From: Azolla caroliniana
Taxonomy: Eukaryota; Plantae; Polypodiophyta
Length of the DNA: 64,000 nucleotides
Direction: 5' to 3'
Assembly (NCBI GenBank): GCA_043228905.1
Contig: JBHGNT010000017.1
Span: forward strand, 17,918,001 to 17,982,000
Shown: positions 38,500 through 50,273 of the stretch, piece by piece
Numbering within the stretch: the stretch's first letter is position 1
Layout of the letters: each line of letters begins with the position of its first letter
Notes under the pieces: generated by a model
Told to the model about the DNA's origin: nothing
What the model saw: only the letters and a program-made list of their open reading frames with translations
Databases searched by the model: none
Program-made: the position numbers and the translations under genes

Positions 38500-41400
38500 G
38501 AATCTTACGCAGTCCCGTCCTCTTAGTACTAATAGTACTTCTCTTCTTTAGTACTAATTCTCTCTCTGCTTTAGTATTATTCCTAACCGTTTGAACCAAT
38601 TGGAAGCTGAAGGCGGTTCGAGCAGATAACGGAGGAGAATACCGGGGGCAGTTCGAGGAGTATTGCCAGTTGACGGGAATCCGGCTCGAGTTTACTGTGT
38701 CGAAGACGCCGGAACTAAATGGGCTGGCCGAAAGGATGAACCAAACCATAATGGAGAGAGTCGAGAGCATGCTCGCACATGCCAAGTTACCCAAGATGTT
38801 TTGGGCTGAGGCGCTAACGACGGCGACCTATGTGATAAACAGATCACCCTCAGTACCCTTGGACGGAGACTCACCGCAGAAAGTATGGACCGGTAAGGAT
38901 GTGTCTTACCGGCATCTGAAGGTGTTCGGGTGTCTCGCATACGTGCATGTGGCAAAGGACAAGAGAGAAAAGCTGGATTCGAAGTCCCAGCCATGCATAT
39001 TCCTTGGATGTGGTGATGATGAGTTCGGTTACCGGGTGTGGGATCTGGTCGACAGAAAGGTGTTCCTGAGTCGGGACATAGTCTTCATGGACGACAAGAC
39101 CATTGCCAACTGGGAGTCGGAGAAGAAGGTAACGAACTCCGGATCATCCATTGAAAACCGGCTTGAGGAAGAAAGGATATATCCGGTTGAAAACCGGATG
39201 TTATCCGGCAACCAGATGACACTCGACGAACCGGCCAGATTCGGACAAGAAACCGAACCGATCGAAGAAGAAAAAGACACCAGAACCGGACAAGATTCCG
39301 CATCGGATTCAGATGAGGAATAGACGGAGGAACCGGTTGTCAGAAACCAAGGACGGAGATATCCTCTTCGGGACAGAAGAACCCCCAGAAGATTTCCAGA
39401 TGCAAAGTATGTGTTGCTAACTGATTAGGGGGAGCCGGAAAGCTTTGAAGAAGCAAGGGGAGACACCCACAGCCGCAAGTGGTTGAGTGCCATGCAGGAT
39501 GAGATGGATTCCCTGCATGAGAACCACACATACGAATTGGTGGAGTTGCCAAGAGGAAAGAGAGCACTCCGGAACAAGTGGGTGTACAAGCTGAAACCGG
39601 GAGACGTCGGAAATCCACCAAGGTATAAGGCCCGAATCGTGGTGAAGGGCTTCCAGCAGAAGAAAGGAGTGGACGTCGATGAGATCTTTGCCCCGGTAGT
39701 AAAGATGACATCCATTCGGACGGTATTAGGCATAGCGGCAAGCATGGACCTCGAGGTAGAGCAACTTGACGTCAAGACGACATTCCTACACGGAGACCTC
39801 GAAGAAGAGATCTACTTGCATTAACTGGAAGGATTTGAGAAGAAAGGGAAGGAGCACATGGTGTGCCAGCTGAAGAAGAGCTTATACGGACTGAAGCAAG
39901 CTCCCCGGCAATGGTACTAGAAGTTTGACCAATCAAGGGTACCACAAGACGCAGGCTGATCACTGCGTGTTTGTGAAGAAATTTGATAGAGGAAATTTCT
40001 TGATATTGCTACAATACGTTGATGACATGTTGATCGTCAAACGAGACCAAGTCAAGATACGAATGCTGAAGAAGGCCCTTAACCGGACCTTCTCAATGAA
40101 AGACTTGGGTCCGGCAAGACAGATACTAGGGATGCACATCATCCGGAACCGATCGAAGAAGCAATTGTGGTTGTCACAGGAAAAGTATGTGACAAAGGTG
40201 CTTCAGCGGTTTAACATGTCAAAAGCAAAACCGGTCGGGTCGACACTCCCGGCAAACTGCAGACTATCCGGTAAGCAAAGCCCAAAGACAAAGGCAGAGA
40301 AGGCAGATATGATGAAGATTCCATATGCCTCTGCGGTCGGGAGCTTGATGTACGCAATGGTGTGTACTCGACCGGATATTGGATACGCAGTCGGAGTGGT
40401 GAGTCGGTTCATGACCAACCCCGAAAAAGAGCACTAGAATGCAGTAAAATGGATACTCTGGTACTTGAAGGGCACTTCGAGTATGTGCCTCCGATTTGGC
40501 TCCGATAAACCCCTCATGGAAGCCTTTACCGATTCGGATATGTCAGTTGATGTGGACACCAGTCAGTCAACTTCCGAATATGTCCTGACCTATGCAGGGG
40601 GAGCCGTTTCGTGGCAGTCGAGGCTGCAGAAGATGGTTGTGTTGTCAACCACGGAGGCGGAGTACATGGCAGCCGTGGAAGCCGTCAAGGAAATATTATG
40701 GATGAAGGACTTCATCAGCTTTCCTGCGACAGTCAAAGTGCCATCCACCTTGCAAAGAACGCGGCATACCATTCCAGAACGAAGCACATCCAACGCAGGT
40801 ACCACTAGATCAAGGAGCGAGTTGAAGATCAAGAGTTCATGCTGACGAAGATCCACACGGAGAAGAACTGGTCGGATATGTTGACCAAGGTGCTGACACC
40901 CGACAAGTTGGACGCATGCCAGAAGTAGATTGGACGTACAAGACATCCCATACCGGAGTGAAGGGGGAGGTTGTTGGGGAAATCGATCTCTCCAGATGGG
41001 AACCGGTGAAGAATAAAGAGGACCCGATGAGAACCGGAAGAGAGCCGGTGAGAACCAAATGAGATCCGGAAACCGGATCGGTGGACCCGGTGAGAACCAG
41101 AAGAGAAGACAAATTTGTAAATATGTCTTGAATAAGCCCATTGAGGCTATATTTGTAAATAGCCCTAAGTTCATATAACTATAAATATGACTTAGGAAAA
41201 TCACCTTACTGTGTGATTGTGTTGTTGTCATATTGTTGTAACTGTTGTACAGAGAGAGAGGAAGAGAGAGGGATACAGAGCGATACTCTGTTGTAACCAC
41301 CACTGTGTGAAGAAACAGAGCTCGAGCTCGTTGCCTCTGAGTCTCTGACTGTACCCCTTCTCTTCATAGTGATAGTTCGGAGTCTGTGGGCTCCCGTGTT

Positions 41401-41545
41401 TTTTTTTCCTATAAGGGTTTTTTCCAGGTAAACATCATGTGTCATTGTCTTGTGTACTCTCCAATTCCCATTTCTGTGTTTGATTCTTATAGAAGTGATT
41501 TACTACTCGGTTGTGTCAGAGTGATATGCTGTGCATTTCTCTTCA
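35840..41545 (+). mobile_element. Co-H: two-LTR Ty1/Copia element, degenerate, related to Co-G and Co-K
   Basis: LTRs 35840-36414 and 40972-41545; TSD AAGTC/AAGTA; PBS TGGTATCAGAGC 36418-36429; fragmented gag-pol 36444-40960. Confidence 0.94.
38084..38598. mobile_element. AT-rich insert (solo-LTR-like) in the Co-H integrase, with a tRNA-like A/B box segment
   Basis: Interrupts RVERE..KLKAVRADNGGE; TG...CA ends or an AATTG direct repeat; CTATAAAAG and (CT)n; minus-strand TGGTATAATGGT and GGTTCGAGTC. Confidence 0.7.
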
Positions 41546-42427
41546 AAGTAGACTTTCGGGCAACCGGAGATCTTAGTGGTTGGCCACCTGTTCGAGCCAT
41601 ATGGCTGAAAACCATCCCCAACGAAGGTAGAGGCCATCTCGGCCATGAAAGAAGAGTGTGGATCCGTCACGGAGGTCTGGATCCGTCACGGAGGTCTGGT
41701 GGTTCTTGGGAGCATGCGCCTTCTACCATATCTGGATTCCACACTATGCGCATATCGACGAGCCACTTTACAGCTTGCTAAAGAAAGGTAGGAAATACGA
41801 ATGTGGCGAAGAACACATGGAGGCGGTCCTGAGACTAAAGGAAATGTTGACGGTTGCACGGGCTCTACAAAAAGTTGTATACAAACCAAACACTCCGGTT
41901 TAAATCACAGTGGACACCAACCCGACCAGAATCAGATGGGTCGTAAAATAGGAAGACGAGAACGGTGAGCGTTTTCCCATCCGGTTCGGCGCGAAGGTGC
42001 TGAGCAAGCAGCAGCGAGGATATGCCCAACTCAAGCGTAAACTATGGGGTATCATTTTGGCAGTTAAGGTTGACAAGGACTACTTAATCAGGACAGAAGT
42101 GATTATAGAGAAGGACTACCTACCAATTCTCGGTATGGTTTCCGGATGCGCAACTCTAGACCTAGCGATGCTGAGATGGATTGCGTACATCAAGTCCCTC
42201 AACCCGGAAATACCGCATATTTCTGGAAAGGACAATGCCATGGCCGACATGCTTTCAAGAGAGAGGTTCAAGAATGAGGACGGCATGGTGTCGGGTGCGT
42301 GGGGAAAATTGTGGGTGACCGCGAAGAGTTGGTTGTGGAGGAGGCCGAAGAGTTGTTTGGCCGACTAGGGGTCAAGTTGTCCCTTACAACGGCATACAAC
42401 CTGGAGGCAAACGGGAAGGTTGAGCGG

Positions 42428-45400
42428 TGTCGTGAAGATTTTGAGCCATGCTGAGAAACCGGGGAGTATCGGAAGAATCAGCCGGGTGGAGCATGTGCAC
42501 TCACCCTTGTACAAATTATGTAAATGATAGGGGCGCCATTATGGCGCCGAACAGTAGTTAATTCGAGATAGAGGATCCCATGTAATAAGGGATTTATCCC
42601 ACATTGTTACACATCCCTCTCCTTGTTCTATAAAAGGAAGGGAACGCCCTTTGTAAAGGGGTTGCCCATTTTGAGTTTGGAGGGTATACCACTTAGATCT
42701 AAGGTTTAGTAGTGTTCTTCCTCTTCATCTTATTCTTGTTCCCTTAGGGTTTCTACTTTGGTCTTTTCACTCTATTTCGTTTTAGGGTTTTACTTTGGTC
42801 TTTTTCATTGTCTCGTGGGTTTGGTTCATTCTTACGAGTGGACGTTAGTATTCCATTTAGGTTCTTCTTCTTCTGAGAGTTCGTGCGAGTTAGGGTTTAT
42901 GTGGTTCAGGGTTTCGGGTGTTACTCTCTTTCTTCGTGTGAGAGTTTGGACTGTTTTGGGGTTTCAACAATGACAACTTTTGGCATTCCGGTGGCGGCAC
43001 TTGGAGGTTCGGTTTACTCTCCTCGATGGAGAGCATTTCATGTGGCGGCCGGTTCGAGAAGGGAGGGCGAAGTGGCACGGGAACACTCCACCTTCTTCGG
43101 GGCGTGACCAACGGTGGACGTCGCGGTCCCGGCGGCCCACTTGACTCGCCTTCGCCGGTTCCCATTCTTAACTTGTTGTATTAGCCTATTGATATGTAAT
43201 AGCCACCGGATTTGAGGCATGTAACTGTCTTGTTGTAAAACTCTTGTAATATATATTCATGTTGGTGTATATCTACCTTCCTTGTAACATATTTGAGTCG
43301 GGTCCATAGTCACGGTGAACCGTTTGTGAAACCCTAAATTCATTGGAGCCGGAAGCCGATTCCGGACCGAAGCCCACAAAGCTTAAGGACTCTACCATTC
43401 GTCTCCCTAGTCCAAGACCCTCGTGGTTCCGCCTAAGATCCTACATGTACTCGCGGAATATCGTGACATCTTTGGCGAACCTGATATGAAAGGCGGCAAG
43501 GAAGAATGGAGGTGGATGAAGAAGGCTTCGTGGTGAAGGCAATGTCGAAGGCGATGATGAACGTACACAGCAGAAGGGTGGACAAGAAACGGTTTGGAAG
43601 CCATTGAGAGTGCGGTCGAAGAAGTCAACCATTGGAGTGGGGATGGGGTCCCAAAAATTTTAAAGCCCACGATGCTCGGATTGAGAGGCAATGAGGAGAT
43701 CGGGGTAGAGGAGGCAGTAAGCGTAATCGAGGCTTCCACGATCAGAGACGGGGTAGCCACAAACAACGACGTCCAGATGGAGGTGGCTATGGACATAACG
43801 AGCGGCGATGCTAGGATCTTACCCGCACCAGTTCTAGAGACTCCGGCATCCAGCCCGAGAGCCGGTATGAGACCTAGAGTGACAGATAGTGTCGGCGGCA
43901 AGGCGGGTGACCGAAACGAAGAGGAGGATGCGAGGCCCAGAACGGACATATATGAAAGGACCGAAGGGGAGGCCGAGAGGTGGCAACAACGAGAGAGTCG
44001 GGAACCGACCCGAATAGAAAGCGAACCGGGAGAAGAATGAAGCAGGGGCCAGTCAACTGGGCCCGAACCGAAGAAGAGCCGGCAAGACCGGAAGTGTTCG
44101 GTCAAACCCTTACCGGCCGGTTACGATTATGGAAGGAAGCCGACCAAACCGGAACATGATCGGTCGGGAACGAACCGGGCAAGGACCAAGCCGGCATGAT
44201 TCGAGATCAGGGAGGACGAGTCACAACACATGGTGGGAGCCGGTGAGCGCGAGAAGGGGCCAAGACAGCAAGCCCGAGTCGGAACGGGCTACGGTAGCAA
44301 AGGGAGAGAGCAAGCCTACGAAGAGGCCAGGTACACAGTACGTCGGTACCACGGGAGAGGGTGTGCAGCGAGCCACCCTCTCGACATGCGGAGAAGGAAG
44401 ACCCAGGAAAGGTTCGGGAAGAGGAGAAGCCTAAGAAGGATCCTTCACACCGGTTCTAGAGACTCTGGCGGTCGGCCCGAGAGTCGGCGTGAGACCTAGA
44501 GTGATGAATGGTGGCGGGAAGGGGACGAAGGCAAAGGACTGTGGATGGGCGGTCTACAGAGATCCTCACACTGATATGGCGGTCGACCCGAGTGCCGGCA
44601 TGAGTCCTATAGGAGAGATCGGTGGCGGCAGGTGGACGTGACCAGTAGAAGATGCCGACGCAGAGGTCGGGACTACGGCGAGAGGAAAACGGCAAGCGGT
44701 GCTGCCGCGACCTTACACACACCGGTTCTAGACACTCCGGCAGCCGGCAACAAGAGTCGGCATGAGACTAGAGAGAAGAACGGTGGCAGCGGCAAGGGCG
44801 GCAACCAAAGACGGCAAAAGGGAGGTCCCATGGAGATCCTCACACCGATCCGGCAGTCAGCCCGAGTGCCGGCGTGAGTCCTAAAGGAAAGGACGGTGGC
44901 GATAGGTGAACGTGATCGGACGACGGGGCTGAGCGGCAAGGAGGTATCGGGCCGGCAAGCCAGCCACAAACCAAAACCGGACCTTCCAGCAAGATCGATG
45001 GAAGAAGGAAAGAAAGACGGTCCTACGGCGATCCTCACACCAATCCGGAGACACCGGCAGTTCAAGCTGACGTGGCAACATGAGACCGAGTGAAAAGGAT
45101 GGTGGCGGTAGGAAACGGGAACCGGCGATGCAAGAAGAGCGGAACAAGAAGACGTGTGAGTGGCCATCAAGGGCCGAAGCAAGCACGAGTACGGGACGAC
45201 GTTCGGCACATGCGGTGCTGAACAAGGAAGGCGGAAGACGGGGCACAATGATGACGGGAACGAGGTAACATGGGCGCGTAGTAGATTGCACGGATCGGAG
45301 ACCGAAGACAGGATCGAGGGTCGGACAAGGATCCTCCACACCCGCTTCGTAGATCTCGGCGGCTCAGTCAGAGTGGCAATGACTAGCGTGGCAAGCCAAA

Positions 45401-47232
45401 CCCGAGGTAACAAACTGGTGGGGGCGAGGGGACGACACCAAGCAGAAGGCTCCAAACCGGTGGCAACAATGGAAGACGAAGGTGGCCAAGTGGGCTACTA
45501 TAGGTGTTCCTCGTACGAGGAGGACATCGGTATGCGGCGAAGCGGCGATGCATGATCTGGTCGAGCGAGGGCCGACGACGTGTGCATGGGAAGTAACCGG
45601 AGTTCGACCCAAGCGGTGCCGAACGCGAGAAGGGGATGCGCGGCACACGGAGGTGACGGAGCGGGAATACAGGCGCGAAGACGGGTTGCCGGTTCGGGTG
45701 ATCTCGCACTGAAGGCCAGAGAGGGAACCTCTACACTGGTTCTGGAGACCTTGGCAGTTCAGTCGTCGTGGCAACGTAAGACCAAGGAGAAGATAGGTGG
45801 CGGTGAGGGGACGAAGGCGGTGGAGATCAGTGCAGAACGAGAATCAAGACGACGCGAAGGTCGATGGAGGCCAAGCATGCGACCACGGGTGCTCCTCGGA
45901 CGGAGGACACCGTGTGTTCGAAGGAACAAGAAGCGTGCATGTGGTCGACATAAGGGCCTACGGGGAAGCACGCACACTACGAGATCGCGGCGAATGACCT
46001 ATCGACGGGTCAAACAAGCCTACGGGGAGACAAACGCGGAAAAGGAACCAAAGTCAACGGTTCAGACCGGCGAGGCCAACGCGGCAGCCGGCATGCGGAT
46101 TACAGGAGACCGGTTCCTCACCGGCCGGAATCTCTCACCCTTCTTCGAACTTGGCACGTACCGGTGGACGTGCGGTTTGGTGGGGGCAGATGTCGTGAAG
46201 GTTCCGGGCCATGGTGAGAAACCGGGGAATATCAGAAGAATCGGTGGGGTGGAGCATGTGCACTCACCCTTGTACAAATTATGTAAATGATAGGGGCGCC
46301 ATTATGGCGCCGGACAATAGTTAATTCAGGATAGAGGAGCCCATGTAATAAGGGATTTATCCCACATTGTTATGCATCCCTCTCCTTGTTCTATAAAAGG
46401 AAGGGAGCGCCCTTTGTAAAGGGGTTGCCCATTTTGAGTTTGGAGGGTATACCACTTAGATCTAAGGTTTAGTAGTGTTCTTCCTCTTCATCTTATTCTT
46501 GTTCCCTTAGGGTTTCTACTTTGGTCTTTTCACTCTATTTCGTTTTAGGGTTTTACTTTGGTCTTCTTCATTGTCTCGTGGGTTTGGTTCATTCTTACCA
46601 GTGGACGTTAGTATTTCGTTTAGGTTCTTCTTCTTTTGAGAGTTCGTGCGAGTTAGGGTTTATGTGGTTCAGGGTTTCGGGTGTTACTCTCTCTTTCTTC
46701 GTGTGAGTGTTTGGACTGTTTTGGGGTTTCAACAACGACGGCTTTTGGCATTCCGGTGGCGGCACTTGGAGGTTTAGTTTCCTCTCCTCGATGGAGAGCA
46801 TTTCATGTGGCGGCCGGTTCGAGAAGGGAGGGCGAAGTGGCACGGGAACACTCCACCGTCTTCGGGGCGTGACCAACGGTGGATGTCGCGGTCCCGACAG
46901 CCCACTTGACTCACCTTCACCAGTTCCCATTCTTAACTTGTTGTATTAGCCTATTGATATGTAATAGCCACGGGATTCGGGGCATGTAACCGTCTTGTTG
47001 TAAAACTCTTGTAATATATATTCATGTTGGTGTATATCTACCTTCCTTGTAACATATTTGAGTCGGGTCCATAGTCGCGGTGAACTATTTGTGAAACCCT
47101 ACATTCGTTGGAGCCAGAAGCCGATTCCGGACCGAAGCTCACAAAGCTTAAGGACTCCACCATCCGTCTCCCTAGTCCAAGACCCCGCGGTCCCGCCTAA
47201 GATCCTACACATACTCGCGGAATATCGCGACA
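42428..47232 (+). mobile_element. Gy-I: non-autonomous (LARD-like) Gypsy-family element
   Basis: ~1.04-kb LTRs 42428-43468 and 46191-47232; TSD GCGG/GTGG; degenerate Trp PBS 43473-43490; PPT; 2.7-kb interior without recognisable PR/RT/IN. Confidence 0.92.
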
Positions 47233-47940
47233 GTGGGGTCACGGGCCGATCATAAAGGCCATAGTACACGCATGCAAAGGGCGACTCGGCAACTGGCCAA
47301 GGCTCCTACCTTATGTGTTGTGGGGGGACCAAACTACGCACAGTTCAATGACCAGATACATGTTTGCGGAGCTCATGTTTGGACAAAAACCCATCATGTC
47401 GGTGGAGTGAACAATTACCTCCTAGATGGCAGTCGACTAGGCCAACGAAATGAGTCGGGAGGAGTTGTTGGTGGTTCACATCTAACAACTTGAGCGGAGG
47501 CCGGAAGACATGGAGCGGGCGACGGTAAGAACGGAAGAAGCACGGACCAGGAGCAAAGCTCGGTTCGACAAGACGCACCGACTCCAACTGAGGAAGATCG
47601 AGGAAGGCGATTGGGTGTTGGTCTACGACAGCAGTCTCGACAACCAACACCGATCCACGCATAAGTTCGCAAAGCGGTGGTTCGGGCCATACGTAGTGAC
47701 CAACGCAAACGACAATGTGACATACCACCTCGCAGAGCTCGACGGGACCGGAATAGCGAAACCAGTAGCAGGGAAGCAGATAAAGACATTCAAAAGAGGC
47801 CCGAAGCGGAATCAAACCTGTCGTTGGGGACCGAAGGCAACATTTTGGGCGAGGAAGACGAGTAAAGGTTGGCCCGGAAATCCTCCACTAAACTCACTAC
47901 CTGGCACATGTCGGAGGATGTGCGGTTTGGTGGGGGTGGA

Positions 47941-48632
47941 TGTCGTGAAGCTTCCAGGCCATAGGGGGAAAACATTGCCAAATGCGTGTGAACACGAGTG
48001 TGCACAAGTGCACCCCCTTTTGTACTAACTAAGTAACAATAGGATTTTGGTGATTACTAAGAAGTTAGGCTTTGATAGGAGATTTAATGTCATGCAAGTG
48101 AAGGAGAATAATGGGGGGGGAAATAAAGAAGGGAATCAAGGGGGAGAATGAAAGGACATTAACCCTGATGTAACGGTCGTCCCTTGCGCTATAAAAGGGG
48201 CAGCCCCAAACTGTTTAAGGAATCAGGGGGGAGGAGGAAACTCTGCCGCTCAAAGTACCGAAGATCTCTCTTTCTCTCTCTCTCTCTCTGATTACGACCG
48301 ACAACCGAACTCCAAAAGGTGCATCCTTTGCTCGCGTCAGACGCCCGCGCGCTCCCGACCAGAGGATCATCACTCTACATGTGCTTACTGTGGAGCTTGA
48401 AGCTTTGTTCCCTGCTCAGACCGGTTGTACTCCCTATGCATCACGTGCATGTTCTAACTAATATTGGTAATCATTCTTGTTGTCTTGTGTTGCAATTCCG
48501 TCGTATCACGTTGTAATGGTGACCTACGACTATCTCACGCAACGCGAGGGATATTCCTCCCCTTTGCTCGATTCCTTGGTTCAAGACCCCCGTGGTCCTA
48601 CCCCATTTCTACGCATACGGAATACCGCGACA
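47941..48632 (+). repeat. Gy-D 3' LTR
   Basis: PPT GGTGGGGGTGGA; TGTCGTGAAG...ACCGCGACA; followed by ACGT. Confidence 0.9.
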
Positions 48633-49790
48633 ACGTCACTGCTCCAGATTAGTTTCCGATTCTTAGGGTCCCATAGCCGGTAGCCGAAGTCCCCATCGGT
48701 TCCATAACCAAGAAATATGGATTTCGTTGCATGGGGTGCCAACTTGGTCCTTTTCTCCATGGGGATGAACACGTAGGCTTTGCATCCGAATATACGAAGT
48801 CTATCTTAGGTCGGTTGTTTTCCTGACCATAGTACATGTGGCACTTTGAGCCTTATTGCTCTCAACGACCACAGATTTATCAAGTAGATTGTCGTCTGCA
48901 ATGCCTCGGCCCAGAATTCCAGCTTTAGTCTGGCTTGTTGGAGCATTGCCATCACCCTCTCCTGGATCATTCGGTTGATCCATTCTGCCACTCCATTCTG
49001 CATGGGTGTGTAAGGAACGGTCTTTTGATGATGAATCCCTTTGTCAAACAGGTACTGCGTGAAGGCTCTGGTGGTGTATTCGCCTCCATTGTTGGATCAG
49101 AGTGTCTTCACTATGTATCTCGACCGGTTCTCCACTTCAGATGTCCACCAAGTGGAGACCTCGGGCGCTTCATCTTTGGACCTGATGGAGTAAGCCCAAA
49201 CCTTCTATGTACAGTCATCTACAAATTTTATGAAGTACCGGGAGCCTCCTAATGATCGCGTTGGCATAGGCCCACATATATCTATTTTCACGAGCTCTAG
49301 GGGTTGTCGTACCGTCTCTTAGTGGGGAGAGTGTGGATGTCGAGTCTATTTACTGTATCGACAATGCTCGAAAAAGTTCGTCTTTGCTTGGAGTTTAGGG
49401 ATGTATCCGACCGCCATCAGCCGATCGAGTCCAGCTTAAGACATGTGGTCGAGTCAACCATGCCATAAGTTCAAGTCAGTCTTTTCAACTACATTCACGG
49501 CCCCGTTTGGATTGATCACCATCATTGGGTACAAGTTGTTGTAATTGTGCCCTCTTCCAATCTTCAAATTTCCAGATCGTCTCATCCAGATTTAGGATTG
49601 ATCTACTGTTGGTGTATGTCGTGCAGAATACCTCCCAACTCGTCGGCAAGCTCGATTGGAGGGCAAGGGCTTTCACTTCTTCTTCGAAGTTGATCCCTTG
49701 TGAGGAGAGTTCTGACAACACCCGGCTAAAGGTGTTGATGTGGGAGGTAGCCGGATCGGTCTCTCTCATCTTCATGTTGAACAAGGAGCG
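48633..49790 (-). mobile_element. Co-J: degenerate Copia fragment (gag/integrase), host of Gy-D
   Basis: QNGVAEWINRMIQERV, SIFLGYGTDGDFGYRLWDP and gag-like HINTFSRVLSELSSQG. Confidence 0.85.
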
Positions 49791-49794
49791 GAAG

Positions 49795-50273
49795 GTAAGA
49801 TGATCCAACCGTTTCGAACAAACCGATCCGAACGACTAGTCAAATCAGGCTAGATATTTACTCTACCTCTACCGACTCGATTATAGGCTGACTGACTTGT
49901 AATATAAATTTAGATCAACTTTGTAATCTAAGTTTACAGGGGAGATAACCAATCACGTGTACATGTAGGAAAGAGTAGTCCTTTTACAAGGGAGTTTGTT
50001 GGCATAAAAGGCCGACTCCTTCCACTTTGTATCCTTACTAGTGTGAACACGTCCAAATAGTTAGGGCTTGGTATATAAGCAATAACCTAACGTTGTAACA
50101 ATGGGGCTACTTGATCATTCTTGTATCTAGAGTCTCTGAGAGAGAACAGAAATAACAAATCTTCCATTAAAGCTTAAGAGTGTGTCTATCTTCTTGTCTT
50201 CATTCTTTCTGTGTTGTTTGTTGTGTACTTCTAGACAGGTCCTCAAACGTTCTTCCGCGCATATCTATTCACA
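49795..50273 (+). mobile_element. Probable Copia LTR remnant
   Basis: TATATAAG box; the end AACGTTCTTCCGCGCATATCTATTCACA resembles the Co-C LTR end AACGCTTCCGCACATTAACATTCACA; left boundary uncertain. Confidence 0.5.

Larger units (their letters stand above)
21499..48632 (+). mobile_element. Gy-D: degenerate host Gypsy element fragmented by Gy-E, Co-H and Gy-I
   Basis: Colinear pieces 21499-22871 (PR, RT start), 35365-35839 (RT), 41546-42427 (RNase H), 47233-47940 (integrase), 3' LTR 47941-48632. Confidence 0.9.

Noticed and set aside
41660-41699. 19-bp tandem duplication in Gy-D RT (also a 33-bp in-frame duplication in Gy-B gag at ~7622-7690)
   Set aside because: Single-copy post-insertion slippage or repair events with no sign of function
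43407-46290. Multiple 100-260 aa ORFs in the Gy-I interior as an env-like or cargo gene
   Set aside because: No recognisable domain or transmembrane pattern; frames are open on both strands because of high GC
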